Shown: in pieces, positions 51,641-64,000 of the stretch
How positions within the stretch are numbered: the first letter of the stretch is position 1
Layout of the letters: each line of letters starts with the position of its first letter
Source: Octopus sinensis
Taxonomy: Eukaryota
Direction of reading: 5' to 3'
DNA length: 64,000 nucleotides
Assembly: GCF_006345805.1 (NCBI RefSeq)
Contig: NC_043015.1
Span: 9,734,001 to 9,798,000, forward strand
The notes under the pieces: model-generated
Told to the model about the DNA's origin: nothing
Database searches by the model: none
The model's input: the letters and a program-made list of their open reading frames with translations, nothing else
Translations under genes and position numbers: made by a program

Positions 51641-54127
51641 ATCAATATGTCTTGTGGCATCAATTGCTTAGTGTAGATAGCACTGCCAAGCTTATTCTCG
51701 ATGTATGCCAATTAACGTAAAATGAGTATTAAATAGAATTACATGGAATAACCACGGGTGAAAATATATACTATAGACAATTCAACTATTTTCCCAGGTA
51801 TTGCATACGATATTATTGAAAATATTTACCTATTATTCTTCAAGACACTACACAAAACATAGTTCGAGTCAAGTTGATTTTTACATGAACTGATGACTGC
51901 TATCAGTTAAAGTACAGTTACGTGTCTCATGCGCATACGAAATTATTGCAATACATCTTCGCGCAATACTTATTCTTGCAATGTCCCATGAGAATTTCAA
52001 AAAAGTGTATAATTTCGGCATGTATGTATCTTCTCGGATTTACATCAGGTGGGTTTCTACCTTCATACTCCGAATGAGAAATAAGTAAAGAAACTATTCT
52101 CTTTTTGATCTATACAACACGCGTTATTTATAACATTTTCACATAATTTCACACGAATCATACTTTCGATAATAATCTTTGAATTAACATGATTGACAAG
52201 TTGTGGTTATATTTACCTATTAATTAAATTAACAGGAACTATGTAATGATTCATGTGAAGTATCTCTTAATTACTCCCTACACAAATATATAGTCACCTC
52301 TTTGGAGGACAGCAGAAGTTTTGAGTACCGATGAAGACCATACATCATTTGTTCAATCTTCGGTAAAATAGCTGCGTTAGCCCCGATTACATATCGTGTG
52401 TATGTATGTGTGTTTGTGTGTGTGTGTACACTTTGACTTTTAATTGTTTCGGCTTTCGGACAGCTGGCATGCAAGGGTAACACCTTAAGAAATATTATTT
52501 CAACAAATAACCACCTGCACGCCTATTAAAGCATCATACTTATTCTATCTTATTCTGCATATATGTCCACCATCATCAGCACCAAGCAGGGATTAGCAAT
52601 GAACGAACTTTAGGTTAGTCAAAATATGTTTGACATACTGTAACATCTAAATTTAAATTATAATGCATCTACCATTCTGAAAACATTTTCTCTAATGGTT
52701 AAAGTTGTACCAGCAGCATATCTGCAAAATGATTCCATATATCTCTTTCACGTACCGTAATGGGAATTGCAAAAAAAAAAACCTACACCTAAGAAGTCCA
52801 ATACAGAGAAGCACTGGGTAAATATAGCGTCTTATATTTCTTCCAAAAGCTTTTTTTTCTCTCTAAGTTAATATTAATTTGTTTTTAGAAGGTAACATAT
52901 ATAAAAAAATATTTCGAGCCACATAACGCTTGTTTGTTTTTCATCCCGGCTTGGTGTAGATGATGCCATTTTTATAATTAGAAGATGGTACCCGGGCGCA
53001 TCCTGGTCAGTGATGGGGCAGGATTTTAGATAAAGTTGCGTGATCTCTCTTCGGTACGTCCCATTAAGAAGGGTGACAGGGCCAGTAACCAGCGTCTTGG
53101 TATACGTTATATCGAAGCACTGGAGAGATATGGTGTTTTGATAAATTTTAGAATAAGAGAAGTTAAAATATAGCAGAAGCATATTTGAGCTAAAATTCGT
53201 ACATAAAGATATGTGTGTGTATGTGTGTGTATGTATATATCTATATGTATATATGTGCGTGTGCGTGTGTGTACGCGTCTATGCGAATGTGCATGTGTGT
53301 GTTTGTGTGTATTCTTTTATAAACTTACATTAGGCATCTAATCTGCAAGCGGAATATTTTGAAGATATTTAGTATTTAATTATTGAGTATATCCTCCCAT
53401 GTATTTTGTATATTCCAAAATGGTTAGTAAAATATATCTAAATATTGCATTTTCGGTTACAAGCATCTTTATGCAATTTCTAAATGATGTTGTTGAATTT
53501 CAGTACGGATTACCTTCTGATTTCATAATACTGACATTATTTATCACCCCGAATACGTAGGGTCATCAGTAGCAGGCGTTCAAACATAATTAAAATGATG
53601 GGCTTGAATAAAATTTCCCTATAGAGAATAGGATTTGTTACAGCAGTACTATATTACGTATGCTGAATCGTAATGTTTGGGATAAGGTATGGACTGATGA
53701 TACCTCAAAAGGTAAACAGTTTTATGGTCAGAAAGCTTCTCGAAGAATGGAGTCGAAGTAAATAATGTAAACTATACCGCATATATGTACCGACGCGTTG
53801 ATTTGGGTGGGACGGAGCGAATCACTACCGTCGCGTAAATTGTTTTTCAATGTGATACACATGAACAGTATGAGCCGAAATTATCATCCATTTATAAAAC
53901 TATTTGGATGAACACTATTAATATATGTATAAGCAATATGATGTATAAGCAATATGATGTATAATGACAGACTTGATTATATTCATATGAGAGTGCGTGT
54001 CTGCATGTTTGTGTGTGTATATGTTTGCGTGTGCATGTGTATGTTTATGTATACATACCTACTTATTTAATTATGTATATAAAACACACATATGTATGTA
54101 TGTATATATATATACTTACATATACAG

Positions 54128-54180
<53 letters not shown>

Positions 54181-54204
54181 ATATATATATATATACACAC
54201 ACAT

Positions 54205-54945
54205 TTGTGTATCCGTTTGGTGTCAGCACAGAAATGGTCTATTGTTCCATCAAACTTATCGCAGAATCAGCATTTAGGGTCAGATCATTTTTTAAGAATG
54301 TTAGCCTGGTAGTTTTGGGTGAGCAAACTTTGATCTTATGCCTCCAATACGAAACCTTGAGTCTCTGCTTTCAGTTCTGAACTTCGCTACCATTGATGGG
54401 ATGTTGATTCGTCCACATGAGCATTTCGGCCTCGAACTATATACTGTTCATGCAGAGGCTTTTCACTCTACCGTTTTTCACGTTGTTTTTGCCCATTCTT
54501 TTTTTATCTGTTTAATCCATTTTGCTTTCTCGTGGAAGTGGTTTTAGGTTCTTCATCTAATTTAGGGCTAGAGTCAAGTTCCATTCCGAATTTGCAAGCT
54601 TCCTTGAGAATAGAATGATACTCTTTGCTACTGTTATGGTTGCAGACAAGCCGCAGCATCCAGTCCTCTGTACTGCATAGGTACTTGTTCATTGCTAATG
54701 AACAGGTTTTATTCCACAATTCTACCTGCATTTTTCCTTTTGTACCATTACATTTAGGTAGGTAAAGACGATCAACGTTTGCTTTTGGGTGGTGCCTATT
54801 CTTAAATGTTAGTAGTTTCTTATCTTCCTCTCCAGGCGTTAGAATTCTCTTAGATTCCAGTTAATGATGTTAAAGGTGTATTGAAATACTAATTGCCAGG
54901 GAGTTAGTGGCTTCGATGCGATCCTTAGAGTTGCGCTCAATTTTT
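54205..54945 (-). mobile_element. R4/Dong-type fragment (post-RT region to CCHC knuckle)
   Basis: 'NSKDRIEA.NSLA...YTFNIINW...RKLLT..RHHPKANVDRLYLP...QVELWNKT...EDWMLRLV...HSILKEA...LRSSELKAETQGFVLEA*DQSL..NYQANILKN'. Confidence 0.9.
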
Positions 54946-54954
54946 TTTATTATC

Positions 54955-54992
54955 TTTATTCATTTTTCTTCTTCTTCTTCTTCTTCTTCTTC

Positions 54993-55081
<89 letters not shown>

Positions 55082-55097
55082 CGTCGTCGTCGTCGTC

Positions 55098-55157
<60 letters not shown>

Positions 55158-55190
55158 TTATTATAATTTTTATTATTATTATCATCATAA
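54955..55190. repeat. Compound (CTT)(ATT)(AGT)(CGT)n array between two R4 pieces
   Basis: Read directly from the sequence. Confidence 0.95.
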
Positions 55191-55715
55191 TCATCGTTTA
55201 AGACATGACACAGTATCGAATACCGTGATGTTTGTCATTGAAGATATGCGTACCGAGTGTTTGTACTTTCTGTCAAGTCACAACAAGTACTTTCAGAAAG
55301 ACAGTACTTGACACAAAAGGTGTGTAGTTCCAAATAATAACGATTTTTGCAATTGTACGGTATTTCTAAAGTTCCCAGATGGTTGATACTGAATTCAATG
55401 CTTCGATGACAAGAGGAGCAAATTTTACGTTTGATTCTCGTAGCTGCCACATCTTAGCGATCCAGATTCTCGGGTCTCCATAGTTATTAGTCATTTCTCT
55501 TTCTTTCATGATAATAATATTTTCATCTCCTGGTACTGCAATGTCGATTATTAAGTATTCTTGTCTGTCCCTTCTAAAGGTTACAATATCCGGCCTTCGG
55601 TGCTTTTAGACCTTGTCAGTCTGGAAGCAAAAATCCCAGTTGATTTTGCCTTCCCCTTTTCGTCCATTACCTTTTCCATTTTGTTGGCACCAAGCAAACT
55701 TTAGCTTGCATCCAT
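55190..55715 (-). mobile_element. R4/Dong-type 3' end (RLE PD-(D/E)xK region and 3'UTR)
   Basis: 'KVMDEKGKAKINWDFCFQTDKV.KHRRPDIVTFRRDRQEYLIIDIAVPGDENIIMKERE..NYGDPRIWIAKMWQL'. Confidence 0.9.
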
Positions 55716-55724
55716 ACTATTCTT

Positions 55725-55852
55725 CTTCTTCTTTTCTTCTTCTCTTCTTCTTCTTCTTCTTCTCTTCTTATTATTATTATTATTATTTTTATTATATTAT
55801 TATTATTATTATATTATTATTTTTTATTATTATTATTTTATTATTATTATTA

Positions 55853-55886
<34 letters not shown>

Positions 55887-56148
55887 TTATTATTATTATT
55901 ATTATTATTGTTATTATTATTATTATTATTATTTTATTATTATTATCATTATATTCTTCTTGTTTCTTGTTCTTCTTCTTTTTCTCCTTCTAGTTTCTTG
56001 TTCTTCTTGTTCGTCTTCTTCTTCTAATCTTCTTGTTTCTTGTTCTTGTTCTTGTTCTTCTTCTTTTCTTCTTCTTCTTCTTCTCTTCTTCTTCTTCTTC
56101 TTCTCTCATTATTATTATATTATTATTATTGTTATTATTATTATTATA

Positions 56149-56185
<37 letters not shown>

Positions 56186-56200
56186 TTATTATTATTATTA

Positions 56201-56236
<36 letters not shown>

Positions 56237-56330
56237 TAATATTATTATCATTATTATTATTATTATTATCATCATCATCATCATCCTTATTTTCATTATT
56301 ACATCTCGGTTTTTTTTCCATATTAATACT
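55725..56330. repeat. ~600 bp compound (CTT)n/(ATT)n/(ATC)n field
   Basis: Read directly from the sequence. Confidence 0.95.
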
Positions 56331-56666
56331 GGTAGTAACAGTAATGTTGTTGTTATTTATATTGTTATTTTTATTATTATTTACCTTATCATATAGCAGA
56401 AACACGATATATTTACCAATAAATCTAAAATATAAGAAGTAACATGATAAAAGGCGAAAATCTTTGAAGACTTAGAAGGAAATCTCTATTAAAATAAACA
56501 AGAGGGAATGTATGATATAAGTGATTGAAGATTTGACTGCATTGAATTACATGTTGTTTGCTTTATCCTATCTGTATACGCCACCATGGCCCTGCTGTAC
56601 GCACGCACACATACTTGTATGTGCATGCATACAAGCCTACAGAAAATGTATATGTATACATGTGGG

Positions 56667-56697
<31 letters not shown>

Positions 56698-56864
56698 GCG
56701 TGTGTTTGTGTGTGTCAGCGTGTGTGTGTATGCATGTATCTGACTTTTGGTGTATGCTAGTTCACGTATCCTATTTCTTTCCAATTCTTATATTATCTCC
56801 ATATATTATCCTACGCATAACTATAATTACACGCGCGCACAACCACTCACACATATATATATGC

Positions 56865-56917
<53 letters not shown>

Positions 56918-57016
56918 ATAAATAATATATATAATATATATATATATATGCACATATATACATATGTATAGATATACATATATATACACGTATATATATG
57001 TATATATATAGATGTA

Positions 57017-57053
<37 letters not shown>

Positions 57054-57950
57054 GTGCGTGCGTGCGTGCGTGCGTGCGCGTTTGCTGGTGTCAAGTTACT
57101 ATGATTGTATATGTATATACCTTATCAGCATGATTTCTCCGTTTCTTTCCCCCCACCACTCTTTCTCCCTATCCCTGTTTGTCAGTATTTCTGTTGCCCT
57201 TTAACTATCTTTCTCTATATCTTTCTGGTCTTGTTTAACTAAAGAAAATGAAATATTTTATACATATTACTCGTTTTCTAAACAGGTTTCTTAACTTTCC
57301 GCTATTTCTTGTCTTCCGCTTTCACATTTATTGATATTCTTCAACATTCTTCCAAATTCTTATTGCAACTTATCATGATGTTTGGAAATCCCACATGTGC
57401 ATATGAGAAACCTCAATAAACTGTGTGTCTAAATTATCGACATCCAAAGTTAACTGTATCAAAGTTTCAATTGTATTTAGAGATATGTTACTAGATTTAT
57501 ATTTCAATTTTCATGCAGGCAGAAACGCGACAGAAAACTTCCATTCTACTCAAATATATTCAACGTTACTAACATTTTCATTGCTATCTTCTACACAAAA
57601 TATCGTGGGAATTTTTACAATAACTGCCATCTATATGGAACAATGTAAATAGTGGTGATATAGACTAGGTATACTAGACGCACGACAAGTTCAAATAATA
57701 AATTTGACAATGTCTCTCCGTCTCTCTCGGGAAGAAATGTATATACACGTCTACTGTTTAAAAAAATTCATTCATTTCAGTGCTTCATCATTATTTTATC
57801 TCCCGTTTGTATAAGCTAATTTGGCTTCTTATATATGGTTTATATATAATTTGAATATTCAAAATTGAATTTCCAGAGGACACTTTTAAAAGAGTTGTAA
57901 CGAAGTTATTTTGGTATTGAAACTATTCCAAACTAATATATATATATATA

Positions 57951-58179
57951 TTTCTTTACTACCCACCAGGGGCTAAACATAGAGGGGACAAACAAGGACA
58001 GACAAAGGGATTAAGTCAATTACATCGACCCCAGTGCGAAAGTGGTACTTTATTTATCGACCACGAAAGGATGAAAGCCAAAGTCTACCTCGGCGGAATT
58101 TGATCTCAGAACGCAACGACAGACGAAATACCGCTAAGCATTTCGCCCGGCGCGCTATCGTTTCTGCCAGCTCACCGCC
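57951..58179 (-). mobile_element. tRNA-headed SINE (family C), near full length
   Basis: The reverse complement aligns with 31485-31712. Confidence 0.92.
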
Positions 58180-58274
58180 TTATTCCAAATTAAAATATAG
58201 TAAACTAACCAAATCGTTGAAAAGTAACCATTAGCAATGCACAAAGTTTATCCTATCTCAGAAAAGCAGTTGAT

Positions 58275-58815
58275 ATTTTTATTTATTTATTTATTTATTT
58301 TATCTAGTTTCAGCTCACAAGATGTGGCCATGCTGGGGCACCGCCATTTGGTGTTGCTACATGATTTTACTTCACGAATGCTTTTTAGCAATTGCCATTT
58401 GGTGCATGAGAGAGTTCGATGCAGCTGCCCTCATCTGCACCTCCTGCCGTGATGTTCGTTCATCTGGGATACCTGACAAGAAGAAAGCCAGTTTCAGTTT
58501 AAAGACATCTACATCCACCCCATGCAGGTATCTTAGGTTCTTCGGGAGGATATTGAAGAGCTGTGGGCCTCGGAAGCCCAGGCTATCACAGTATCTTGTC
58601 CAACATCTTGATGGCAAATTTGGAGTCCTTGGCACTATGCAGTGGCGCCCAGTTCTGGCATTTGTGTAACTCTCGAGGCCAAAGTTTGGAACAAGTCCTT
58701 CTAGGATCTTCCAGATGTATATTATGGCATATCTTTCTCGCCTATGCTCTAAGGAATAGAGTCTCAATCTCTTGAGTCTTTCCCAATAGCTTATATGCTG
58801 CACAGAGGCTATATG
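58275..58815 (-). mobile_element. CR1-clade LINE 3' end (ORF2 C-terminus, 3'UTR, (TAAA)n tail)
   Basis: 'SYWERLKRLRLYSLEHRRERYAIIYIWKILEGLVPN...SLGFRGPQLFNILPKNLR...FKLKL..FLSGIPDE...RAAASNSL'. Confidence 0.92.
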
Positions 58816-59029
58816 TTGAGAAATGTAAATGTATTTTGTGAATAAATGTAAACTATCGTAAAGTATATTATTTAAGTTTCTTTAACTAAAATTCAACAAT
58901 CAATATTAATTCCGAAAAATCTCCCAAAAGGAAAATAAAGAAATTGAATACAATGTGCAATAATGAGTTAGACAGCATATTAGGTTGATAATAACGGAAG
59001 ATAAAAGTGCATACTGGTGTTTTTAACAG

Positions 59030-59609
59030 GCTTACGATGACAAGTACGCATTACAACAATGTGTACGAAAACAAGTTCGAAATGAATTAAATATTCAAGT
59101 CAAAGTGCCTCAGTATTAGGGAGTTCTTGAAATTATGCAAGAAGTGATACACCAAATTTAGGTTAACAAACGTAATTTGGAAATTTCGAAACGTAGATCC
59201 TAGATTATCCACATCTGGGCTGTACGTTTATTTAATGTTATTCCTACAGGTAAGATGAAATTGTTTTGCTATAGTTTCGTCTAATATCGACTGCTATTTC
59301 CAGTAAATATTGATGCATTGTTGTATCATTAGTGCATATTTATACATTAACCCGATGGTGCTGCTTTGTTTTACAGGGAAGCAATATTACTATATTGCTC
59401 TGCTTAGTAATTTTTTTCTTTGAAAACGTCTTCACTGTTCTCGGTCTGTTGACGGCCAGACGTTTAGACGAGTATACTGGCACTGAAGTAGCAACATTCG
59501 AAATTGTGTTAATCTAGCTGAAGAGAGCTAATCAAATTTACGTTATGAAGCCGAATTTGGAAAGTTCGAAACTTAGATTATCCACATCAGAGTTATACAT
59601 TTGCTACAG
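59030..59609 (+). other. Pair of diverged duplicated exon-like segments (59030-59249, 59377-59609)
   Basis: Both are preceded by tttt(a)acag and end ctacag|gta(a/g)gatga. They share caaattta.gtta...aatttggaaa.ttcgaaac.taga..ttatccacatc. In-frame stops are present. Confidence 0.4.
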
Positions 59610-59689
59610 GTAGGATGATTTTTTTTAAGGTTCGAGGCCAGTATATATATGTATATAGATGTGTGTGTGCGTGTGTGTGTGTGTGTTTG

Positions 59690-60620
59690 CAAAATAATCT
59701 GCAGTTTTGTTTCGGTAGATTATAGAAGCAAAATTACCGGTTGAACATTTGCCTCAGTTCTCGATACAATCGCCTTGCTTTTCCATTCAATACTTTCATT
59801 GACAAGATTTTCGGATGATCACGTAGCAAATAAGCAAAATTATACAGTACTTTTGGATGTCCAAAGAGGCGATCGTCAGTGTGGACGAGACCTGACCTGT
59901 ATACAGGCCGTTCTGGTAACTCGAAACCCAATTTATCAATACTTTTAACGGTGTGGAATACTATATTTGGGCGTGCATTGCAATTGTTTGAGAATAGATC
60001 TCGTCATTTGGGGCGAATTCTGACTTTAATTTGTTTGGCAGCATTGTTTCGTATCCAACACTAGTGACGGATGTCCTTTTTGTAGGTTGTCGTACAGTAT
60101 AATCCCGTCTGTGTTTCTCAAAACGGTGAGCATCACCTTTTATGCAGAAACTTGTGTCCTGAATCTCCTTTTCTTCAGACTGATTCAAACCCATGCCTTA
60201 TCTTTTGGATAAGTGATGGACCTTAATTTCTTCTCCTCTTACTATACTCTGCACAATGAGTTGATCTTCACTCTGATAGCGATCGATTAAAAGTTAACGT
60301 CTCCACATGATTACGGTTATGCGCTTCAGCAAGATTTCTTGGTACCCATTTCCAACAGACTTTCTGGATGCGTACCTTACTGTGGATGGTTTAGAGAGCA
60401 GAAGTATCGCTGAGATGCAGATAACATTCGACCTCACGGAAGGCCCCTTTTTGGTTCGCCAGAACCATCACTCGAACTTCAGGAATCATCACGTCACTAC
60501 TGAAGGTTGATGAGTGTTCTGCTCTCTCTTTGTGCTTCACCCTTGTCCGGCCACCTTTAGACTTCCTGATCCCCTCATAGACACTCGCTTGCGGTAGAGA
60601 ATTGCTTCGTTATTATAATT
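59690..60620 (-). mobile_element. Decayed mariner (DD34D-type) transposase, most of the coding region
   Basis: 'LPQASVYE.IRK.KGGRT.VKH.ER...RKVCWKWVPRNL...LIDRYQSE...IVRGEE..VHH...TSVGYETML.NKLK..IRPK...NARP...IDKLGFELPERPVYRSGLVHTDDRLFGHPK' (WVPxxL and YSPDLAP-like motifs). Confidence 0.9.
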
Positions 60621-60872
60621 AAAGTCTTGTACACATTCAAACCAGAGAAAAAGAATCATTAATATATGTTCTCTCTAAGCGAATTCTTCCAGCGGAGCAA
60701 GTAAATTTACTCTGCAAGACACGAAACAAAACCACAGATGACGAGGTAAAACCACGGTTACATGTCCAATAGAATACCAGACATTAGCATGCGAGCAATG
60801 AAAGTAGTGCACGCCACCTAAAAAGTGCTTAGGTGAAAGTGTAGTTAATCTTTACCCTACGCTGGTACGAGG

Positions 60873-61075
60873 CAGGTAGGTAGGTATGTATGTATGTATG
60901 TATGTAGGTAGGTAGGTAGGTAGGTAGGTAGGTAGGTAGGTAGGTAGGTAGGTAGGTAGGTAGGTAGGTAGGTAGGTAGGTAGGTGGGTAGGTAGATAGG
61001 TGGACAGATAGGTAGATAGGTGGGTAGGTAGGTAAGTAGGTACATACGTACGTACATGCGTAGGTATATAGATAA
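60873..61075. repeat. (AGGT)n tetranucleotide array
   Basis: ggtaggtaggtaggta... Confidence 0.95.
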
Positions 61076-63222
61076 GTCGGTAAGTACGTAAGTCCGTGTG
61101 TATATATGCATGCACAGATCGCTCGCAATTTGATTTTCATCTCTTTTTCAGTAACAGCTTGATGTACTGGTGATCCGTTAACAGTGCTGGAGTACATAAG
61201 GGTTAAATTGTCGTTGAGGAAGTTAGCTCACATAAGAAAGCTAGCTGGCATGGGAGAACAGAAGTCATTTGAATATGTCAAGTGATATCTCTGTCTTGAT
61301 AATTCGAGTCGGATGCCAAATTGCTGATATTGTGACTACTCAATAACCTGTGAGCACTATAAATTTTGTAATACATGACATGGAGAGCTGAGAAGGAGAC
61401 AACGAAGCCGTTGGCAAAACACAGTGATACAGAAAGTAATGATTGCTTCTATATCTATTTACACATAAGCATATATTTATCTGCGTGTGTGAGTGTCTAT
61501 GTGTGGACTTGTGTGTCTGTGGAACCTCTAAAAGCCTACAGTCTTCTGTATAATTCTAGGATTTAGGATTTGAGGGAATATATTTCATAAATACTGCGAA
61601 GATAGGCATCAGATTGAAATATTCTATTCCAGTCGTTTCATTAATATAAACCTCAAACTGCACCATCCTAATATATGTGAAAAGTATTGGTAACGAACAA
61701 TAGCAGACTATTTACTAACCTAATGCATAAATAATGAAATACAGCATTGTAAATATTCAACAAAGAAATCCAACTGAGTTGCAAAGCGAAAAATTATTCC
61801 ATTGAAAGAAGATAATTAAAACTACAGAAAAGAGTTAGTAATGGTCTTGAGAACAGAAAATGTCTATTTGAAGAGAATAGACATATTATAAATATAAGTA
61901 GATAATTGCATATTATATTATCTACGAAATGACAAGAAATCTATTTCTTGAAAACAGCTGCACATACACACATTCACACACACTGACACACATATATATT
62001 CATATCAGCATTCAAGAAAGACAATATCTAACTATATATAATATTCTGTGTATATAGAAAGAGATGGAAGCCATGGCATAAACACAGTATGTTCCTTATA
62101 TCTCATAATCTTAATAAAAAAATATTTCCAAATATTATACACAACATTGGGTTTCGAAATGAAATCAGTATCGAAAAATTATTAGCTTTATTATGCATGG
62201 ATCTGATAGTGATAGAGAGGCATTTCCATCAATGACATACATATTCAAATATATTTTTGACTATTGTGTTACATCCATTTAAAGTTTAATGCTAGGTATG
62301 CATATATGTTTATATAACAGTAGGAGATAAATATGCCACACTTTACTCAAAATCGTAAAGGTGATATAATAATGTTAATTTCACATTTTAACAGTTCGAA
62401 AATATACCAGTCTACCAATTCAGTGAGTTTAACCATACAGTTTCTTCAAAGCCACACACATTCTGTTTGAAAATCTTCTCTACATATTGATTAATGGGTT
62501 GCTGACCAGTGCTAGAATGCATCTGAATTATGTATGGTCAGCGGAAACCATTGGCCGAAAACAAAATGATTTTAATTGTAATCGCTTCATTTGATTTTAA
62601 ATGAATGTCAAATCTTGTAAGAATATAGGCATGCACTGTGTTTGATATGTGTTTGTGTGCGTATGTGTGTGTGTGCGCGTGTGTGTGTTTGTGTGTTCGT
62701 GTGCATGTGTGTTTGTGTTTGTGTTTGTGTATAATTGATTAAAAATATACTTCTCCTCGCGTTCTTTCTCCTCTACACACCACCAAAGCGTAGTCTAACA
62801 GCATTCCACTGCTAGAAACACCGCTATGACTATATAACCCCGAACAGGTTACTGTTGGCCTGCAAGGCCTTTCAAAAATCTTTTAAAGACCTGCTAGACA
62901 ACAAGAATACCCCATGCTTCCTATTTATTCCTATTTATTCACGTGGTCCAAGATAGTTTTCTTTGTAATTTTTTCATAATCGTTGAAATGTCCACGTCAC
63001 TTAAAAAACACCATGTGATACGACTTGATATATAACAGCCCCGTGTCGGCAGCAATGTGGACTTCCTCTATTTCTCCATTCGGTTATCTGAATCTCAGTG
63101 AGATAGATTTGTGTAAGATGTCCACGAAAATTCAAGTCACATGAATGCGATACAAATTGTTTAAATAATTGTAGGTAAATCTATAAGTAAATGTTTTGAG
63201 TGCTTTGTTTGTCCACTTACAC

Positions 63223-63224
<2 letters not shown>

Positions 63225-63311
<87 letters not shown>

Positions 63312-63430
63312 TGTGTGTGTGTGTATGTATGTGAGTGTGTATGTGTATGTGCCTGTCCTTGTGACTGTGTACACACACACACATATATATATAGTTTGCA
63401 TATTTATATACATACATATACATATGTATA
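63225..63430. repeat. (AT)n/(GT)n
   Basis: Read directly from the sequence. Confidence 0.95.
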
Positions 63431-64000
63431 ATACATACACAAACTATATATATTCATATATGCAAACAAACCGCTGTGAAATTGAAAGCTTCTTAAACTC
63501 CATAATCATGTATTTGACGTTCATATTTAATTTTTGTTTCATCTTATACATTATGTAAGAAGAAAATGGGGAAATAAATACAGATAACTTTTTATAAGAA
63601 AATATTCTGCTAAATGCATAACCATGAAATCATAAAGAAAATTATTCTAGTAACTGTATTTTAGAACTGTGTTCCGAATTGATATACCAGACACTTTTTA
63701 TTGCTTTTTTTCATCTTTTCACTCGTATTTTCCACAAACGTTTTGCTGCCGCAGATTCAATAAGTGATAAGTTCTTAAAAAACAAATTAAAAGATAGTGA
63801 AATATATTGATAACGATGAAACAGAGATATGACTACTTTGCCGAAAAAATACGAAGATTAGTGTAAATAAGTTTGCTTGAGACACATACAAATGCGTTTT
63901 TTAACCAATCGAAACCAACAAACGAGATGAAAGAATGATAAACAGAGTATTTAAGAATGTGGAATCTACAGAATAGCATCTTTAAATTATATTATAAAGG

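Noticed and set aside
51888-51950. CTGATGA...GAAA
   Set aside because: No stem II hairpin between the core halves; CTGAT is itself within a local hairpin.
52874-53182. 102-aa minus-strand ORF in a GC-richer patch
   Set aside because: No motif recognised in any frame and no convincing donor site; left unassigned.
53692-53735. CTGATGA followed by a TACC/GGTA hairpin (hammerhead-like)
   Set aside because: G12 is missing and no stem I pairing can be formed.
62498-62550. Hairpin gctgacca/tggtcagc
   Set aside because: The stem is too short for a pre-miRNA and there is no other support.

Overview
Eukaryotic, AT-rich (roughly 30% GC by eye), microsatellite-saturated DNA. It is most likely an octopus (coleoid cephalopod) intergenic or intronic region; this is inferred from the SINE families and repeat landscape, not from a database match. 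I cannot support any intact protein-coding gene, rRNA, true tRNA or CRISPR array, and nearly all listed ORFs are translated microsatellites. The window holds many decayed mobile elements: about 8 R4/Dong-type (RLE) non-LTR pieces, all on the minus strand and stacked head-to-tail in (AAT)n arrays; a CR1-type 3' end; an RTE-like 5' piece; a tandemly duplicated L1/Tx1-like RT piece; two Penelope-like GIY-YIG pieces; two Helitron pieces (one with 23-aa STPR-like repeats); three mariner remnants; a long-TIR MITE; and three families of tRNA-headed SINEs. The most interesting signal is five minimal type-I hammerhead-ribozyme-like motifs beside microsatellite arrays. One lies in a composite unit of tRNA-like head + (AAT)n + hammerhead. 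Several diverged local duplications with splice-site or signal-peptide-like features hint at decayed exons of lineage-specific genes, at low confidence.
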